64,000 nt of DNA from Candidatus Latescibacterota bacterium (GTDB lineage: Bacteria > Latescibacterota > UBA2968 > GCA-2709665): contig OZ241917.1 of NCBI GenBank assembly GCA_965203805.1, forward strand, positions 3,904,001-3,968,000. The letters run 5' to 3'. Shown here in pieces: positions 10,668-21,335 of this stretch. The notes under the pieces are model-generated. The model did not search any database, was not told the origin of the DNA, and saw only the letters and a list, made by a program, of their open reading frames with translations. The translations under genes were made by a program, and so were the position numbers. How positions within the stretch are numbered: position 1 is the first letter of the stretch; each line of letters begins with the position of its first letter.

Positions 10668-11612
10668 ATGAATGATCCAGCGATCAAATGTAAGTTTCAA
10701 CTGTTGATGATCAGTGCGATGTACGAGAATGGCGGCAATATGACTCACCGGTTTCTCGATGGACATCCACAGATGTCTGTCTATCCGTTTGAGTCACAAC
10801 TCGGCACGCGCCATGTGACAGACCATCTCACTTCGTTGTTTCCGGTCAAATATCGTTGGCCTGCATTTGATATGAACGCTACCGTGGCCGAAGATTACGA
10901 GGCGATCATCGACGAAGAGTGCCGGGTCCGAACGCGCACTCCACGGGTGAGCAAATTCCGTCATTTGTGCTTTGATTTTTCCGACGAGGAGCGGCTTGAA
11001 TGCTATCGTGCCATTGTCGAGTCCGCCGGCAGATCCCGCGCAAAAAACGTATCGGCCTTTTTTAGCGCTACTTTCACGTCCTGGAAGAACATGGCACGCA
11101 CCGGAGAGGAAGTCATTAGTGTAGGGTACAGCCCAGTGGTAGTTGTCGATACACCCCGCATCCTATGCGATTTTTTCGAAGCACATGTCCTGCACGTTGT
11201 CCGCAATCCGTGGTCCGCTTATTCGGATACAAAGAAGCGTCCCGTCCCGCTATCTCTTGAACACTACATGCTGGGCTGGACCGTGAACCAATATTACGCC
11301 ACGATGTATTATGAAATGTACCCCGGGCGAGTTCATATCGTGAGAGCGGAAGACATAATGGCTGATTCGCTTGCAGCTTTGAAACCGATATGTGAAAAGC
11401 TTGGATTGGAACCTTCAAAGTCTATAAAGACCGCGACCTGGAACGGTATCGAACTCCAGGAGATTTATCCGTGGGGTACGATCCGAGACGCGACGCCCGA
11501 TGCGAATAGCAGAACGGCATTAGAACTCTCCATATCTGAACGAGAAGCCATACGTCGCGCCGCTGGTGGGTACCTGGAGGAATTCGACTACAAGGATTTC
11601 GTAAGACCATGA
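10668..11612 (+). CDS. Sulfotransferase family protein
   Basis: RFLDGHP after a PSB-like loop, HVVRNPWSAYS 3'-PB motif, VRAEDI...ICEKLGL. Confidence 0.7.
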   Translation: MNDPAIKCKFQLLMISAMYENGGNMTHRFLDGHPQMSVYPFESQLGTRHVTDHLTSLFPVKYRWPAFDMNATVAEDYEAIIDEECRVRTRTPRVSKFRHLCFDFSDEERLECYRAIVESAGRSRAKNVSAFFSATFTSWKNMARTGEEVISVGYSPVVVVDTPRILCDFFEAHVLHVVRNPWSAYSDTKKRPVPLSLEHYMLGWTVNQYYATMYYEMYPGRVHIVRAEDIMADSLAALKPICEKLGLEPSKSIKTATWNGIELQEIYPWGTIRDATPDANSRTALELSISEREAIRRAAGGYLEEFDYKDFVRP

Positions 11613-12553
11613 AGCGTGTCTTGCTGACAGGTGGAACGGGTTTTGTGGGGGCCAATCTCGCGCGTCGATTGTTGTTGGACGGGCACGACGTGCACCTGCT
11701 CGTGCGACCCGGATATTGTGATTGGAGAGTTGAAGAAATACGTGATTGTGTTCGGTTTCACATTGTTGACCTCGGATCGGAAGAGGGTGTACTTGAAACC
11801 GTAAACGAGGTCCGCCCCGATTGGGTGTTTCATCTCGCGGTGTATGGTGCATATTCCGATCAAATCGACATTGGTACGATGGTACGAACCAACGTTGACG
11901 GCACGATCCATCTCGTTAGCGCATGCGAGAGCGTCGGAATTGACGCCTTTGTGAATACAGGTTCCTCATCCGAATACGGATATAAGGACCACGCACCGTG
12001 CGAGCGCGAATGGTTGGAGCCAAACAGTAATTATGCCGTGACCAAAGCATTTGCAACGCAATACTGCAGATGTGCGGCGCAAGAAAAGAGTTTGAACCTG
12101 CGTACATTGCGGCTGTATTCGGTCTATGGACCTTATGAGTCGCCGGGTAGACTTTTCCCTGCGGTAATCGACGCAGGGTTCAAGGGGCAGTTGCCTTCAC
12201 TCGCAGATGCAGATACATCCAGGGATTTTATATATGTGGAGGATGTAGTTGACGCATTCATCCTGGCTGCCTCCTGTCCCAAGGGAGACCCAGGTGAGGT
12301 GTATAATGTAGGAACTGGAATTCAGACAACATTGCGTGACGTTGCGGAACTTGCCCGGCGTTACTTCGGAATTTCAACGGAACCGCTATGGGGTACGATG
12401 CCGAAGCGCGCCTGGGATACGGACGTATGGGTGGCCGATAGTCATAAATTACGGGATAACTTGGGATGGCGTCCACGATTTACCGTCGAACTAGGATTTC
12501 ATAAAATGGTTGAGTGGTCGCGTATCCGGAAACATCCGCTACTTTCTGCATAA
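11609..12553 (+). CDS. NAD-dependent epimerase/dehydratase (extended SDR)
   Basis: TGGTGFVG, GSSSEYG, YAVTK, SVYGP, RDFIYVEDVV. Confidence 0.92.
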   Translation: MKRVLLTGGTGFVGANLARRLLLDGHDVHLLVRPGYCDWRVEEIRDCVRFHIVDLGSEEGVLETVNEVRPDWVFHLAVYGAYSDQIDIGTMVRTNVDGTIHLVSACESVGIDAFVNTGSSSEYGYKDHAPCEREWLEPNSNYAVTKAFATQYCRCAAQEKSLNLRTLRLYSVYGPYESPGRLFPAVIDAGFKGQLPSLADADTSRDFIYVEDVVDAFILAASCPKGDPGEVYNVGTGIQTTLRDVAELARRYFGISTEPLWGTMPKRAWDTDVWVADSHKLRDNLGWRPRFTVELGFHKMVEWSRIRKHPLLSA

Positions 12554-13637
12554 TACCTGTGCTATAGCTGAGGATCTGCGTAAGGTGGCGATCGAAAATG
12601 AAAATCAAGTCGCAGTCGACAAAGCCGGCATGCAGACCATTCCATGTATTTTCTGTGGATTGGGAAGCGACGACATCGTAGTTAAAGAAGACGGCTACAC
12701 GGCCAGGAAATGTCCCGGTTGCGGACTGGTCTATCTTTCACCCAGGCCAATTGCTCAAGCAGTAATCGACCTGTACGGACGGGATCATGCACATGTCTCC
12801 GCAGCGTCCCATTTGGCGGCAGGTGCGCTAAAACGCCTTTACGCGAAACATCATCTGTCCATTTTGAATCGGTATGTCAGGGTAGGTGGGTTATTGGAAA
12901 TAGGCGCAGGAGCCGGTTTCTTCCTGGATGAAGCGCGTAAGAAGGGGTTCGATGTACACGGAATCGAGGTGAATCCCGCGCAAGCGAGTCATGTGCGGCA
13001 CACTTTGAAAATTCCATGCGAAGACAAACCGCTGGAGATATGTTCGTTTGGTGAAAAGAAATTCGACGTCATTTACCACTGTGACGTAATCAGCCATTTT
13101 CATGATCCTATAGAAGAATTCCGGAAAATAAACCGCAAATTGAACCACAACGGTTTGTTGATTTTTGAGACGGGGAATTTTGGAGACGTGGAAGAGAAGT
13201 ATTACTCCGCGTACACCAGATTTCAGTTTCCAGATCACCTTTTTCTGTTTGGCGAGAGCAATCTGCGAGATCTCCTTGGTAGGTCTGGTTTCCATGTCGA
13301 ACACATATATCGGTTCTCGATATTGGCACAGTTATCGGTAATGAAATATACGGCGGCTCTCCGCCGTGTCTTGCGAAGTACTCAGATTCCAATTGTCTGG
13401 ATTTTGAGTAGAATTGGTGGCATTCCCTTCGCCCAGGGACCATTCATTATGGGCCAGCGTATGCCTCGAATTGGGAGATTCAGGAGAATATTGAAACAGA
13501 TAAGTCGCTACAGTATATACCTCATTCGTTACAGGATTGGATCTATCTTGCCGAAGCGAGGTCGACCTCTGACACTGATTGTGACGGCACGGAAACGGCA
13601 CCCAGAGATCGCCACCGACAAGGTACAGACGCGATGA
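12510..13637 (+). CDS. Class I SAM-dependent methyltransferase with N-terminal Zn ribbon
   Basis: CIFC...CPGCGLVYLSPRP, LLEIGAGAGFFL, FDVI...HFHDP, PDHLFLF. The true start is probably ATG 12630 or slightly upstream. Confidence 0.85.
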   Translation: MSGRVSGNIRYFLHNTCAIAEDLRKVAIENENQVAVDKAGMQTIPCIFCGLGSDDIVVKEDGYTARKCPGCGLVYLSPRPIAQAVIDLYGRDHAHVSAASHLAAGALKRLYAKHHLSILNRYVRVGGLLEIGAGAGFFLDEARKKGFDVHGIEVNPAQASHVRHTLKIPCEDKPLEICSFGEKKFDVIYHCDVISHFHDPIEEFRKINRKLNHNGLLIFETGNFGDVEEKYYSAYTRFQFPDHLFLFGESNLRDLLGRSGFHVEHIYRFSILAQLSVMKYTAALRRVLRSTQIPIVWILSRIGGIPFAQGPFIMGQRMPRIGRFRRILKQISRYSIYLIRYRIGSILPKRGRPLTLIVTARKRHPEIATDKVQTR

Positions 13638-14179
13638 ACAAAGACAGACACATTAGATTCCGAATTTACATCGGGATCGTTGCATTGTTCACAATCACGA
13701 TGGGCGTGGCACTGTATTACACATTGAAAAAGAACCGACCGTCGGATCAAGAATCGGGCCTTACAGTAGGTGCTCGCGCACCTGAGTTTGCTTTAAGAGA
13801 TTTACAAGGAAAGACGGTTCGCTTGACGGATCAGAAGGGTCAGGTCGTGTTGATTGACTTCTGGGCTACCTGGTGCCGGCCATGTAAGAAAGAATTGCCC
13901 CTTATTCAGCGGGCGTACGACCGATACAAAGAAAAGGGGCTTGTTGTGCTGACAATAAATACGGACCTCCAGCGAGAAGTCGTCCCGTACTATATGTCAG
14001 AAAATGGCTATACGTTTCCTGTCTTGTTTGCAGACGGCAAAATCCAGCTTGCTTATAATGTCCGCGGGATTCCAGCGCTCTTCATTATTGACGAAAACGG
14101 CAGCGTACGGTTTTATCGCCGTGGCTTTAACCCGGGCTTGCAAGAAGAGATCTCTCGGATGATGTCAAGGCTGTTGTAG
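13634..14179 (+). CDS. TlpA/ResA-like membrane-anchored thioredoxin
   Basis: N-terminal TM helix, APEFAL, DFWATWCRPC, GIPALFIID. Confidence 0.92.
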   Translation: MNKDRHIRFRIYIGIVALFTITMGVALYYTLKKNRPSDQESGLTVGARAPEFALRDLQGKTVRLTDQKGQVVLIDFWATWCRPCKKELPLIQRAYDRYKEKGLVVLTINTDLQREVVPYYMSENGYTFPVLFADGKIQLAYNVRGIPALFIIDENGSVRFYRRGFNPGLQEEISRMMSRLL

Positions 14180-14261
14180 TCATCAACCGGGATTTTCTCG
14201 CAATGCTTTGTTGGTACGTGCGCGTGATGTGAGCGGGTCATTGTATGTGAAGGGTCGGCTC

Positions 14262-15686
14262 GTGAGTTTTGTATCGTTTGCCTTCCTTTTTTTATTTCTG
14301 GTTGTTCTATCCTGCAGATTGACTTTCGGCCGGACAAAGACAGAGACACCATATTTATTCGTGCTGACGTGCGCCAGTATCGTCTTCTACGCCTGGCATA
14401 TCCCAGAATATCTGCTTGTAATTGCTCTCAGTACAATTGTCGACTACTTTGCTGGTTTAAACATCGTCCGTTTCCCAAAGGGAGGTCGGTTCCGCAAGAT
14501 CGTGCTTTCGCTGTCGTTGATCGTGAATCTGGGGATCCTCGCCCTTTTTAAATACGGCAGTTTTGCGCTTGAGAACGTAACGTGGTTGAGTCAATGGTTG
14601 GGATTTCGTGGCACGATGCCGTCGCTGAATTTGATTCTACCGCTCGGCATTTCGTTCTACACATTTCAATCGATGAGCTATACAATCGACGTATATCGGG
14701 GCACTTTATCACCGATTCGCAGCTTTTGGGATTTTTTCCTCTATGTAAGCTTTTTCCCGCAGTTGGTGGCTGGACCTATCGTCAGAGCGAAAGACTTTCT
14801 TTACCAGATCCACAGAAAGCGTCGGATTAATGCACGCGTCTTTATGGAGGGTAGCTATCTAATTATCCGGGGATTCTTCCTGAAGATGGTTATTGCGGAT
14901 AATCTGGCGGGGTTTGTCGATCGATATTGGGCAATCGGCGCCACATCCAGTGCAAACCCAACCATTTCGTTAATCGTTACTGTGTTTTTCGCTTGTCAGG
15001 TTTTCTGTGATTTCGCTGGATACTCCAGCATTGCGCGTGGGTTGGCCTATTTGCTTGGGTTCCGTCTGCCAGTGAATTTCAATTATCCATTCATCGCCTT
15101 TACATTTCGAAATTTCTGGGCGCGATGGCATATCACACTGTCGCAATGGCTGCACAGTTATCTTTACATTCCTTTGGGTGGCAATCGCAAATCCAGAAGA
15201 CGCATGTATTTCAACCTAACGCTTGTGATGTTGCTAGGCGGGCTGTGGCACGGTGCCGGCTATACTTACATCCTTTGGGGTGGTATTCATGGTGTCGCCC
15301 TTGCAGTTGAGCGACTCATGGGGTTCGATGACCTTGACAGCAGGGAACACTCAGGAAAGCTGGAGAGATTCATCTGGTATCTTCATGTTCAAGGCGTGTT
15401 TCTCGTTAGCCTATTGATATTCAGATCTACCGATATTTCGGAGACCCTCGCAATAATGCAGAACATCCTTACGGGTCGTTTTGAAGTCGTTAACGATGCC
15501 GGTCTTGTAAAAGGGTTGTTTTTCGTCATACCGGTCGCATTGATCCACCTGCGAGCCTATCTGGCCGAGAACCTGAAGACTCGGTTCACGAAATTCGATT
15601 TGAGGCCGGCCTGGGCGGCTTCGATGCTCTACCTGACGCTGACCTGCTATGGCAAGAATGAACCGTTCATCTATTTTCAATTCTAA
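14262..15686 (+). CDS. MBOAT family O-acyltransferase (AlgI/DltB-like)
   Basis: LPLGISFYTFQSMSY, FFPQLVAGPI, DFAGYS, FWARWHITLS, GLWHGA, terminal FIYFQF. GTG 14262 chosen as start. Confidence 0.92.
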   Translation: MSFVSFAFLFLFLVVLSCRLTFGRTKTETPYLFVLTCASIVFYAWHIPEYLLVIALSTIVDYFAGLNIVRFPKGGRFRKIVLSLSLIVNLGILALFKYGSFALENVTWLSQWLGFRGTMPSLNLILPLGISFYTFQSMSYTIDVYRGTLSPIRSFWDFFLYVSFFPQLVAGPIVRAKDFLYQIHRKRRINARVFMEGSYLIIRGFFLKMVIADNLAGFVDRYWAIGATSSANPTISLIVTVFFACQVFCDFAGYSSIARGLAYLLGFRLPVNFNYPFIAFTFRNFWARWHITLSQWLHSYLYIPLGGNRKSRRRMYFNLTLVMLLGGLWHGAGYTYILWGGIHGVALAVERLMGFDDLDSREHSGKLERFIWYLHVQGVFLVSLLIFRSTDISETLAIMQNILTGRFEVVNDAGLVKGLFFVIPVALIHLRAYLAENLKTRFTKFDLRPAWAASMLYLTLTCYGKNEPFIYFQF

Positions 15687-15702
15687 TTGAGGGCCTACGA
15701 GG

Positions 15703-16809
15703 ATGCGTTTTGGTTCAACTCTACGAACAGCGATGTTTGTCTCTTGCTTTCTTGCCCTGACGGTGGTTGGAATGTTCGCATCAATTTCGTTTCCGTCGTT
15801 GAACCCATTCCCTCAACTTCAAGACATATTGACATCGCCTGAACAGCAGTGGTACCTGGCGTGGGAACGTGAAATCAATCACCGGGACCACTATGTGCTA
15901 TACTACGATATCGGGGTATCTATCGACCATGCGCGCCGGTCAGATGTATTGTTCCTTGGTAATTCACGAGCCCTGTTCGGCCTGCCGCATGACGTGATGG
16001 CTCCTTTTTTTCAAGATGTGGGATTGCGTTACTTTAACCTGGCATTCGGGCACGGTGAGACCAACGTTTTTCCAATGCGTATAATTCAAAATTTCGATTT
16101 AAGGCCGAAAATTGTGGTTGTAAATGCGGATAGGTTTTTCACAGGCATACCAAGTGAATTCGCAGAATTGGTCATGCCAACGTACGGAAGTCAGGACTCG
16201 CACCAGGCTTCACGAAATGACGATACGTTTCCCCAGCGCCGTCCACTCTGGGAGGAATTCAAGGCGAATTTGGAAGTAAAGACGAGGTTCTTCGTTCAAG
16301 ATCGCCTTCAGGCTATTTTTCCCTACCTCATACCCCGAGGGAGGAGGCTGTCCGAGAGCCCACTCTTGTATCGTTCCTCTGTTCATGGATCTTGGAGTGC
16401 GTTAAATTGGCCTTCTCGTGATCTACCTATCCGTAACGGGAACAAGAAAGGCGATATCTCTGCAAGCGAAATGGAATTCGCCAGGGCATTTCAGATGGAA
16501 ATGTACCGCCGAAACGCATTCCTTGTTCTCATGTTGGTACCGGCAAATCAGGTATCTGCGTTAAGAGCGAGGCAATTGGCGGATGTCTTAAATGTGCCAC
16601 TTATTGCTCCTGAGTTGGACGGTCTCACAACAAGCGACGGCTCACACCTCTCGCCTGACAGCGCAAGACGATTCGCGTCAGCATTCCTTGAAGAATTCGA
16701 AAATCTGCCGTGTTTTGGCACGCTCGTGGGTACGATCCCGCATCGGTACTCACGAACAGACGATGCTTCGTTTCGCCCCAATCTGACGGGGGAACTCTAC
16801 ACCCGGTGA
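15703..16809 (+). CDS. SGNH-like periplasmic partner of MBOAT (AlgJ/DltD-like)
   Basis: N-terminal TM/signal, LFLGNSR block I, FNLAF, DGSHL block V; directly follows the MBOAT gene. Confidence 0.6.
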   Translation: MRFGSTLRTAMFVSCFLALTVVGMFASISFPSLNPFPQLQDILTSPEQQWYLAWEREINHRDHYVLYYDIGVSIDHARRSDVLFLGNSRALFGLPHDVMAPFFQDVGLRYFNLAFGHGETNVFPMRIIQNFDLRPKIVVVNADRFFTGIPSEFAELVMPTYGSQDSHQASRNDDTFPQRRPLWEEFKANLEVKTRFFVQDRLQAIFPYLIPRGRRLSESPLLYRSSVHGSWSALNWPSRDLPIRNGNKKGDISASEMEFARAFQMEMYRRNAFLVLMLVPANQVSALRARQLADVLNVPLIAPELDGLTTSDGSHLSPDSARRFASAFLEEFENLPCFGTLVGTIPHRYSRTDDASFRPNLTGELYTR

Positions 16810-16868
16810 TACAGAGTGCCTTCATAGAATTCAAAAAAACGCCGATCAAGATAGGATTTCAGTGAGGA

Positions 16869-17816
16869 TTGAGAACAGTGAGAAAGGTAGTGATTCCGAT
16901 CGCCGGTCTTGGCACCCGGCTTTTTCCTACGACAAGGGCATTGCCAAAAGAGATGTTACCCTTGGGCAAATTTCCGGCGATACAGCTCGTCGTTGAGGAA
17001 ATGGTGGCGGCTGAACTGGATAAATTCCTCTTTATTACATCCCGTCGCAAGACAATCATAGAAAACCAGTTCGACAACAGCCTGGATATCGATAATCTTG
17101 CGAATCAAAATGGGCAGTTGCAGAATTCGGTAAATCTCGACTATAGTAAGCGCGGCATAGAATTCTTCTATGCTCGCCAGCAAAAGCATCCAGGCGCGTC
17201 AAAACCAGCGGGTACGGGTGCCGCCATTGCCTCCGCCGAGAGCTTCGTAGACGACGAACATTTCGTGGTCGCCTATGGCGACACTGTCATTGGATCGACG
17301 TTGCGACCGAACTTCGTCCAGCGAATGATCGAAGCGCACGTCAAGTACAATGCGACGTGCACAGTGGGTGTGCGTTTCGTCCCTTCGACGCTGGTCAGCC
17401 GGTATGGCATCGTGCAGGCCGCTCTCGGAGAAGACATTGATGCCGACGGTTTCTTGCTTGAAGACGTCGTGGAGAAACCTGCCCCAGAGCTCGCGCCGAG
17501 TTCTATGGCCGTGAGCGCACGTTACGTCTTCGGCCCGGAGATTTTCAATGAAATAAGAAAGCTCCATCCTTCTTCCGCCGGCGAAATCGGAATTACGGAC
17601 GCTATCAAGGGCCTTATTCGTTCAGGACATGCGGTCAGGGCGGTAAGAATGAAGCAGGATGAGAAACGTTACGACATCGGAAATCACGAAAGTTATTTCA
17701 AGGCCTTCATCGATTTCGCTCGCGCCGATGCCGATTGTGGTGAGGCTATACAACGGTATATGGCGTCGTGTGTACGGGAATACGCAGCCGAAACTCTTGA
17801 GGGGTATGTAGTATAA
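16869..17816 (+). CDS. galU: UTP-glucose-1-phosphate uridylyltransferase-like nucleotidyltransferase
   Basis: VIPIAGLGTRLFPTTRALPKEMLP, YGIV, VEKP, GEIGITDAI, RYDIG; TTG start after GAGG. Confidence 0.8.
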   Translation: MRTVRKVVIPIAGLGTRLFPTTRALPKEMLPLGKFPAIQLVVEEMVAAELDKFLFITSRRKTIIENQFDNSLDIDNLANQNGQLQNSVNLDYSKRGIEFFYARQQKHPGASKPAGTGAAIASAESFVDDEHFVVAYGDTVIGSTLRPNFVQRMIEAHVKYNATCTVGVRFVPSTLVSRYGIVQAALGEDIDADGFLLEDVVEKPAPELAPSSMAVSARYVFGPEIFNEIRKLHPSSAGEIGITDAIKGLIRSGHAVRAVRMKQDEKRYDIGNHESYFKAFIDFARADADCGEAIQRYMASCVREYAAETLEGYVV

Positions 17817-18016
17817 GCCATCCCGCTTATCAGATCGATGGGCTGAACTCTGGCGGTCCGCAATCAACCGAAAATGCGTTTCAGGGACGGTTTGATTTCA
17901 TAGTTGGACACCGGACTCTATGGGAATCATAAGTTGTTCGACACATTTCATCGTTCAGAATTGATTCGCGTGGGTCAATTATGGACGTCCTGTAGCCCGT
18001 TAAATGGAGGAACACG

Positions 18017-18335
18017 ATGGCGGAAGCGGCTTGGAAACAAAGACGACTCCTGGTAACGAGCCTCTTTCCCGACGAAAGAAATCCGCATCGCCTTCAGGCT
18101 CGACGTGCAGACAGAGCCGCTTGAAGACTTTACTGACAACTTGGTCTTCCGCACGTGGGACTACCAGAAGGAGGCGATATTCTGCCTCGACCACGATCTG
18201 AAGGAACAGACGATCGCCAAACTTGAAGGCGTGGAAAGCATCTTTGTGTGCATTGAGGAAGCCCTAAATATGGTGACGAAATGGAATCTCCGAGCAGGAT
18301 TTGGGGAAAGCTTTGTGGCTTTCGAGGCCAATTGA
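18017..18335 (+). pseudogene. Small hypothetical gene upstream of DUF4297, apparently frameshifted near 18063-18070
   Basis: SD GGAGG + ATG 18017 gives MAEAAWKQRRLLVTSLFP. Removing one base joins it to the frame ending at TGA 18335, one base before the DUF4297 ATG. Confidence 0.4.
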
Positions 18336-18336
18336 G

Positions 18337-19575
18337 ATGACTACGCCGTCACACAGTCGCGATGCAACAGCTACCATACGTGGGTACATGTATCAATTCG
18401 ACGCGACTATCCGTGCGATTCTCCAACTGCCGGAAGACGAGCACCTTGACGTTGAGGGTATAGAGGACTTCGATATCGGTGGCGACGAACCTACCGATCT
18501 TTTCCAGTGCAAGTACAGTGCTGCTAAACGCCTGACGCCAGCAGAACTCCGAGATGCGGTTTTGCCCATGTTGAAAGGGTATCTCACTCTCGACGTATCG
18601 GCGCGAAAGACGAGGCGATTTCATCTGTACGGGTACTACAAGGACTCTGCTCGCGGCGTTTCGCACCCAACGCTTCAAAAGTTGAAAGCCGCGCTCGTCC
18701 AGAGGAAGCGCGTCCCGAGGGCTGGCGGCAAGACCCACACGCAAGTCACTAATCTCCAGGCGACGCTTGGAGCAACCGATGCTGACCTGCAGGACTTCGC
18801 GAAGAAACTGACTATCCACATCGGTGAAGAATACGAGAAACACAAACAGGAAACCGTCGCTAGGTTGAAGGGCGAAATGGCGGTGACCGAGGTTGAGGCG
18901 AAGGAGCACTTGTATCCTTCGGCGTTCACTTTAGTTACCGCCCTGGCTACCGAAGACTCGCGGGCAAAGCGACGGACAACGAAGGCCGAATTCTGCTCGC
19001 AACTCATACCTTCTCGAACGCTCCTCAGCGCTTGGTTACTGAAGGAGTTGGGAAATGCCGCGTTTTGCCGTGACATGAGACAGTGCCACTTCAGTAAACA
19101 AAACATCGATGCGGCACATCGCTTCTTCATCGTTGACTGTACTCACCTAGCCACAAAGGCCGACCTATTGTCACTGCTGTACGCCCTGCGCCGTAAGTGG
19201 AGCAGCCACACAGTCCGTCGGAAGCCCGATGCCGAACGCTATGCACCGTACATCTATTTTCGTGGCCTCAATGAAAGTACCCTTATCGCGCTCAAGACGT
19301 CACTCCAAAGTGATGGTATCCGGTTCGTCGATGGTTTTGCTTTTGCCGGTGCAAGCTTCAAGGTTGAGCAACTTGCCACACCGCAGACATACGCGAACAA
19401 GATATCTCTCAGGTTTCTAAACTGCGAGGAGGACATGATTGCCACCCTGTCTTTCGTCAAAGGGCAGCGCGTCATCTACGAGTTCTTTCTCAATGCGCCG
19501 TTGTTGGTTGATGTCGGTGTGCGGTACACCGCATTGCCTGTGAACTCGATATCCATGATTGAGCGGATCATATAG
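18337..19575 (+). CDS. DUF4297 family anti-phage nuclease (PD-(D/E)xK type), HerA partner
   Basis: RDATATIRGYMYQFD...VEGIEDFD...QCKY N-terminus, ERYAPYIYF, FVDGFAFAGASF; directly upstream of herA. Confidence 0.8.
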   Translation: MTTPSHSRDATATIRGYMYQFDATIRAILQLPEDEHLDVEGIEDFDIGGDEPTDLFQCKYSAAKRLTPAELRDAVLPMLKGYLTLDVSARKTRRFHLYGYYKDSARGVSHPTLQKLKAALVQRKRVPRAGGKTHTQVTNLQATLGATDADLQDFAKKLTIHIGEEYEKHKQETVARLKGEMAVTEVEAKEHLYPSAFTLVTALATEDSRAKRRTTKAEFCSQLIPSRTLLSAWLLKELGNAAFCRDMRQCHFSKQNIDAAHRFFIVDCTHLATKADLLSLLYALRRKWSSHTVRRKPDAERYAPYIYFRGLNESTLIALKTSLQSDGIRFVDGFAFAGASFKVEQLATPQTYANKISLRFLNCEEDMIATLSFVKGQRVIYEFFLNAPLLVDVGVRYTALPVNSISMIERII

Positions 19576-19585
19576 GAGACTTTCG

Positions 19586-21335
19586 ATGCCCGACGACAAA
19601 CCAGCCGTTAATGCAGAAGTAATCGCCGTATACCCAAACCGTGTACGGATATCCGTAGACGATCTGTCGTCGTTCCGATATGCGGAAGAGAGCCTCCGTG
19701 TCGGCTCCTATCTCAAGGTTTCCGACAACGAAAACGTCGCGCTCATGTGTATAATCGAGAGTTTCTCAATTGAGGTGAGTGAGAGCCAGGAGGGGAAGAC
19801 GGACCGCCGCTACGTAATCGATGCTTACCCCCTAGGAACGCTCAGCGATGGTGAGTTTCGGCGTGGCGGCGATGAACTTGCAATCCCGCCCAAGAAAGTC
19901 GTTCCTGCGGCTAGTGCAGAAGTTGGGGCGATTTACACAAATGCCTTCGAAACTGGCAAGCGTTTCTCGTTCTCGACATTGGGTCGTAAACGCGAGATTG
20001 ACGTTCCCGTACATGGTGACAGGTTCTTTAACAAGCATATTGCAATCGTTGGTGCGACTGGATCTGGAAAATCGCATAGCATCGCAACGATAGTGCAGGA
20101 GGCTGTAGATGCCCGGCAGGGCGACTACAAGGGACTAAACAACGCCCACGTAGTTCTCTTCGACATCCACTCGGAGTATCGATCCGCATTCCCGAATGCA
20201 AGGGTCTTGGGAGTCGAGGACTTGACGCTTCCGTATTGGCTACTAAACGAGGATGAAATGGAGGAGATGTTCCTCGAATCTGGTGATCGTAACAACTACA
20301 ACCAGGAATCGATCCTCCGAACTGTCGTTACGCTCTGCAAAAAGTCAAAGAACCCTGAGGCGGAAAGGATCTACTTCGATAGTCCTCTCAAGTACGACAT
20401 TCAGGAGGTTGTCAACTGTTCTGATGAATCTTACGCGGGAAACAAAGGACGCTGAAGATCCCTTGCATATCGTCACCTCCGAAGGCGACAAGACATTCAA
20501 CGAGGAAGAGAACAAGCTACGGTGGTATTGCGTCAAACGTCGCACTTTTGCTTCCCCACAAAGGGCCTCAAAGGAGAAGACCGGCATCAATAAGGGCGCT
20601 TACGCCGACGGAAGCATCGACAAGTTTGTGCGGCGGCTTTCCGCAAAGATTGGCAACCCACGCCTAGACTTCATTTTTGGGAAGAAAGCCTCCGGCATGG
20701 AGTTTGAAGCCGTACTGGAGCAACTAATGGGGTACGGGGACGACAATTCAGCCAACGTGACAATTCTGGATCTGAGCGGAATTCCCTTTGAAGTCATTAG
20801 CATTACCGTGTCCTTAATCACGCGTGTCTTGTTCGACTACGGGTACTACTTCCGACGCTCCAAGCAACGATGCGATACGCCGCTTCTACTCGTGTATGAG
20901 GAAGCCCACAAGTACGCACCCAAGAGCGAATTGGCACGATTCAGAGCTTCTTTGACAGCGATAGAGAGAGTGGCAAAGGAGGGGAGGAAATACGGCGTCA
21001 GCCTGCTGATTTCCAGCCAGCGTCCGTCAGAGATTTCTGAGACGATCTTTGCTCAATGCAGCAACTTTCTAGCGATGAGGCTGACAAACCCAGATGACCA
21101 AGCGTATGTCCGCAGATTGCTCCCGGACACGCTCGGCAACCTGACGTCAGGACTTCCGGCTCTTGAGTCGGGGGAGGCGTTGCTTATCGGAGATGCTACG
21201 ATCATGCCCTGCGTTGTGTATGTAAGGCCCTGCAACCCCGCGCCTTCATCAAGCGACATACCTTATTATCAGATATGGCAAGAGGCTTGGAAGTCGGTCG
21301 ATTTCGGAAGCGTGACGACGGAATGGCGCAGGTAG
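19586..21335 (+). pseudogene. herA: HerA/FtsK-like anti-phage helicase, split by a +1 frameshift at about 20420
   Basis: The 5' part has a HAS-barrel-like AEVIAVYPN..VGSYL and Walker A GATGSGKS. The 3' part has Walker B VYEEAH, EGRKYG, SQRPSE and RLTNPDDQ. Deleting T20420 gives continuous ..VVNC-LMNLTRETK.. Confidence 0.85.
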
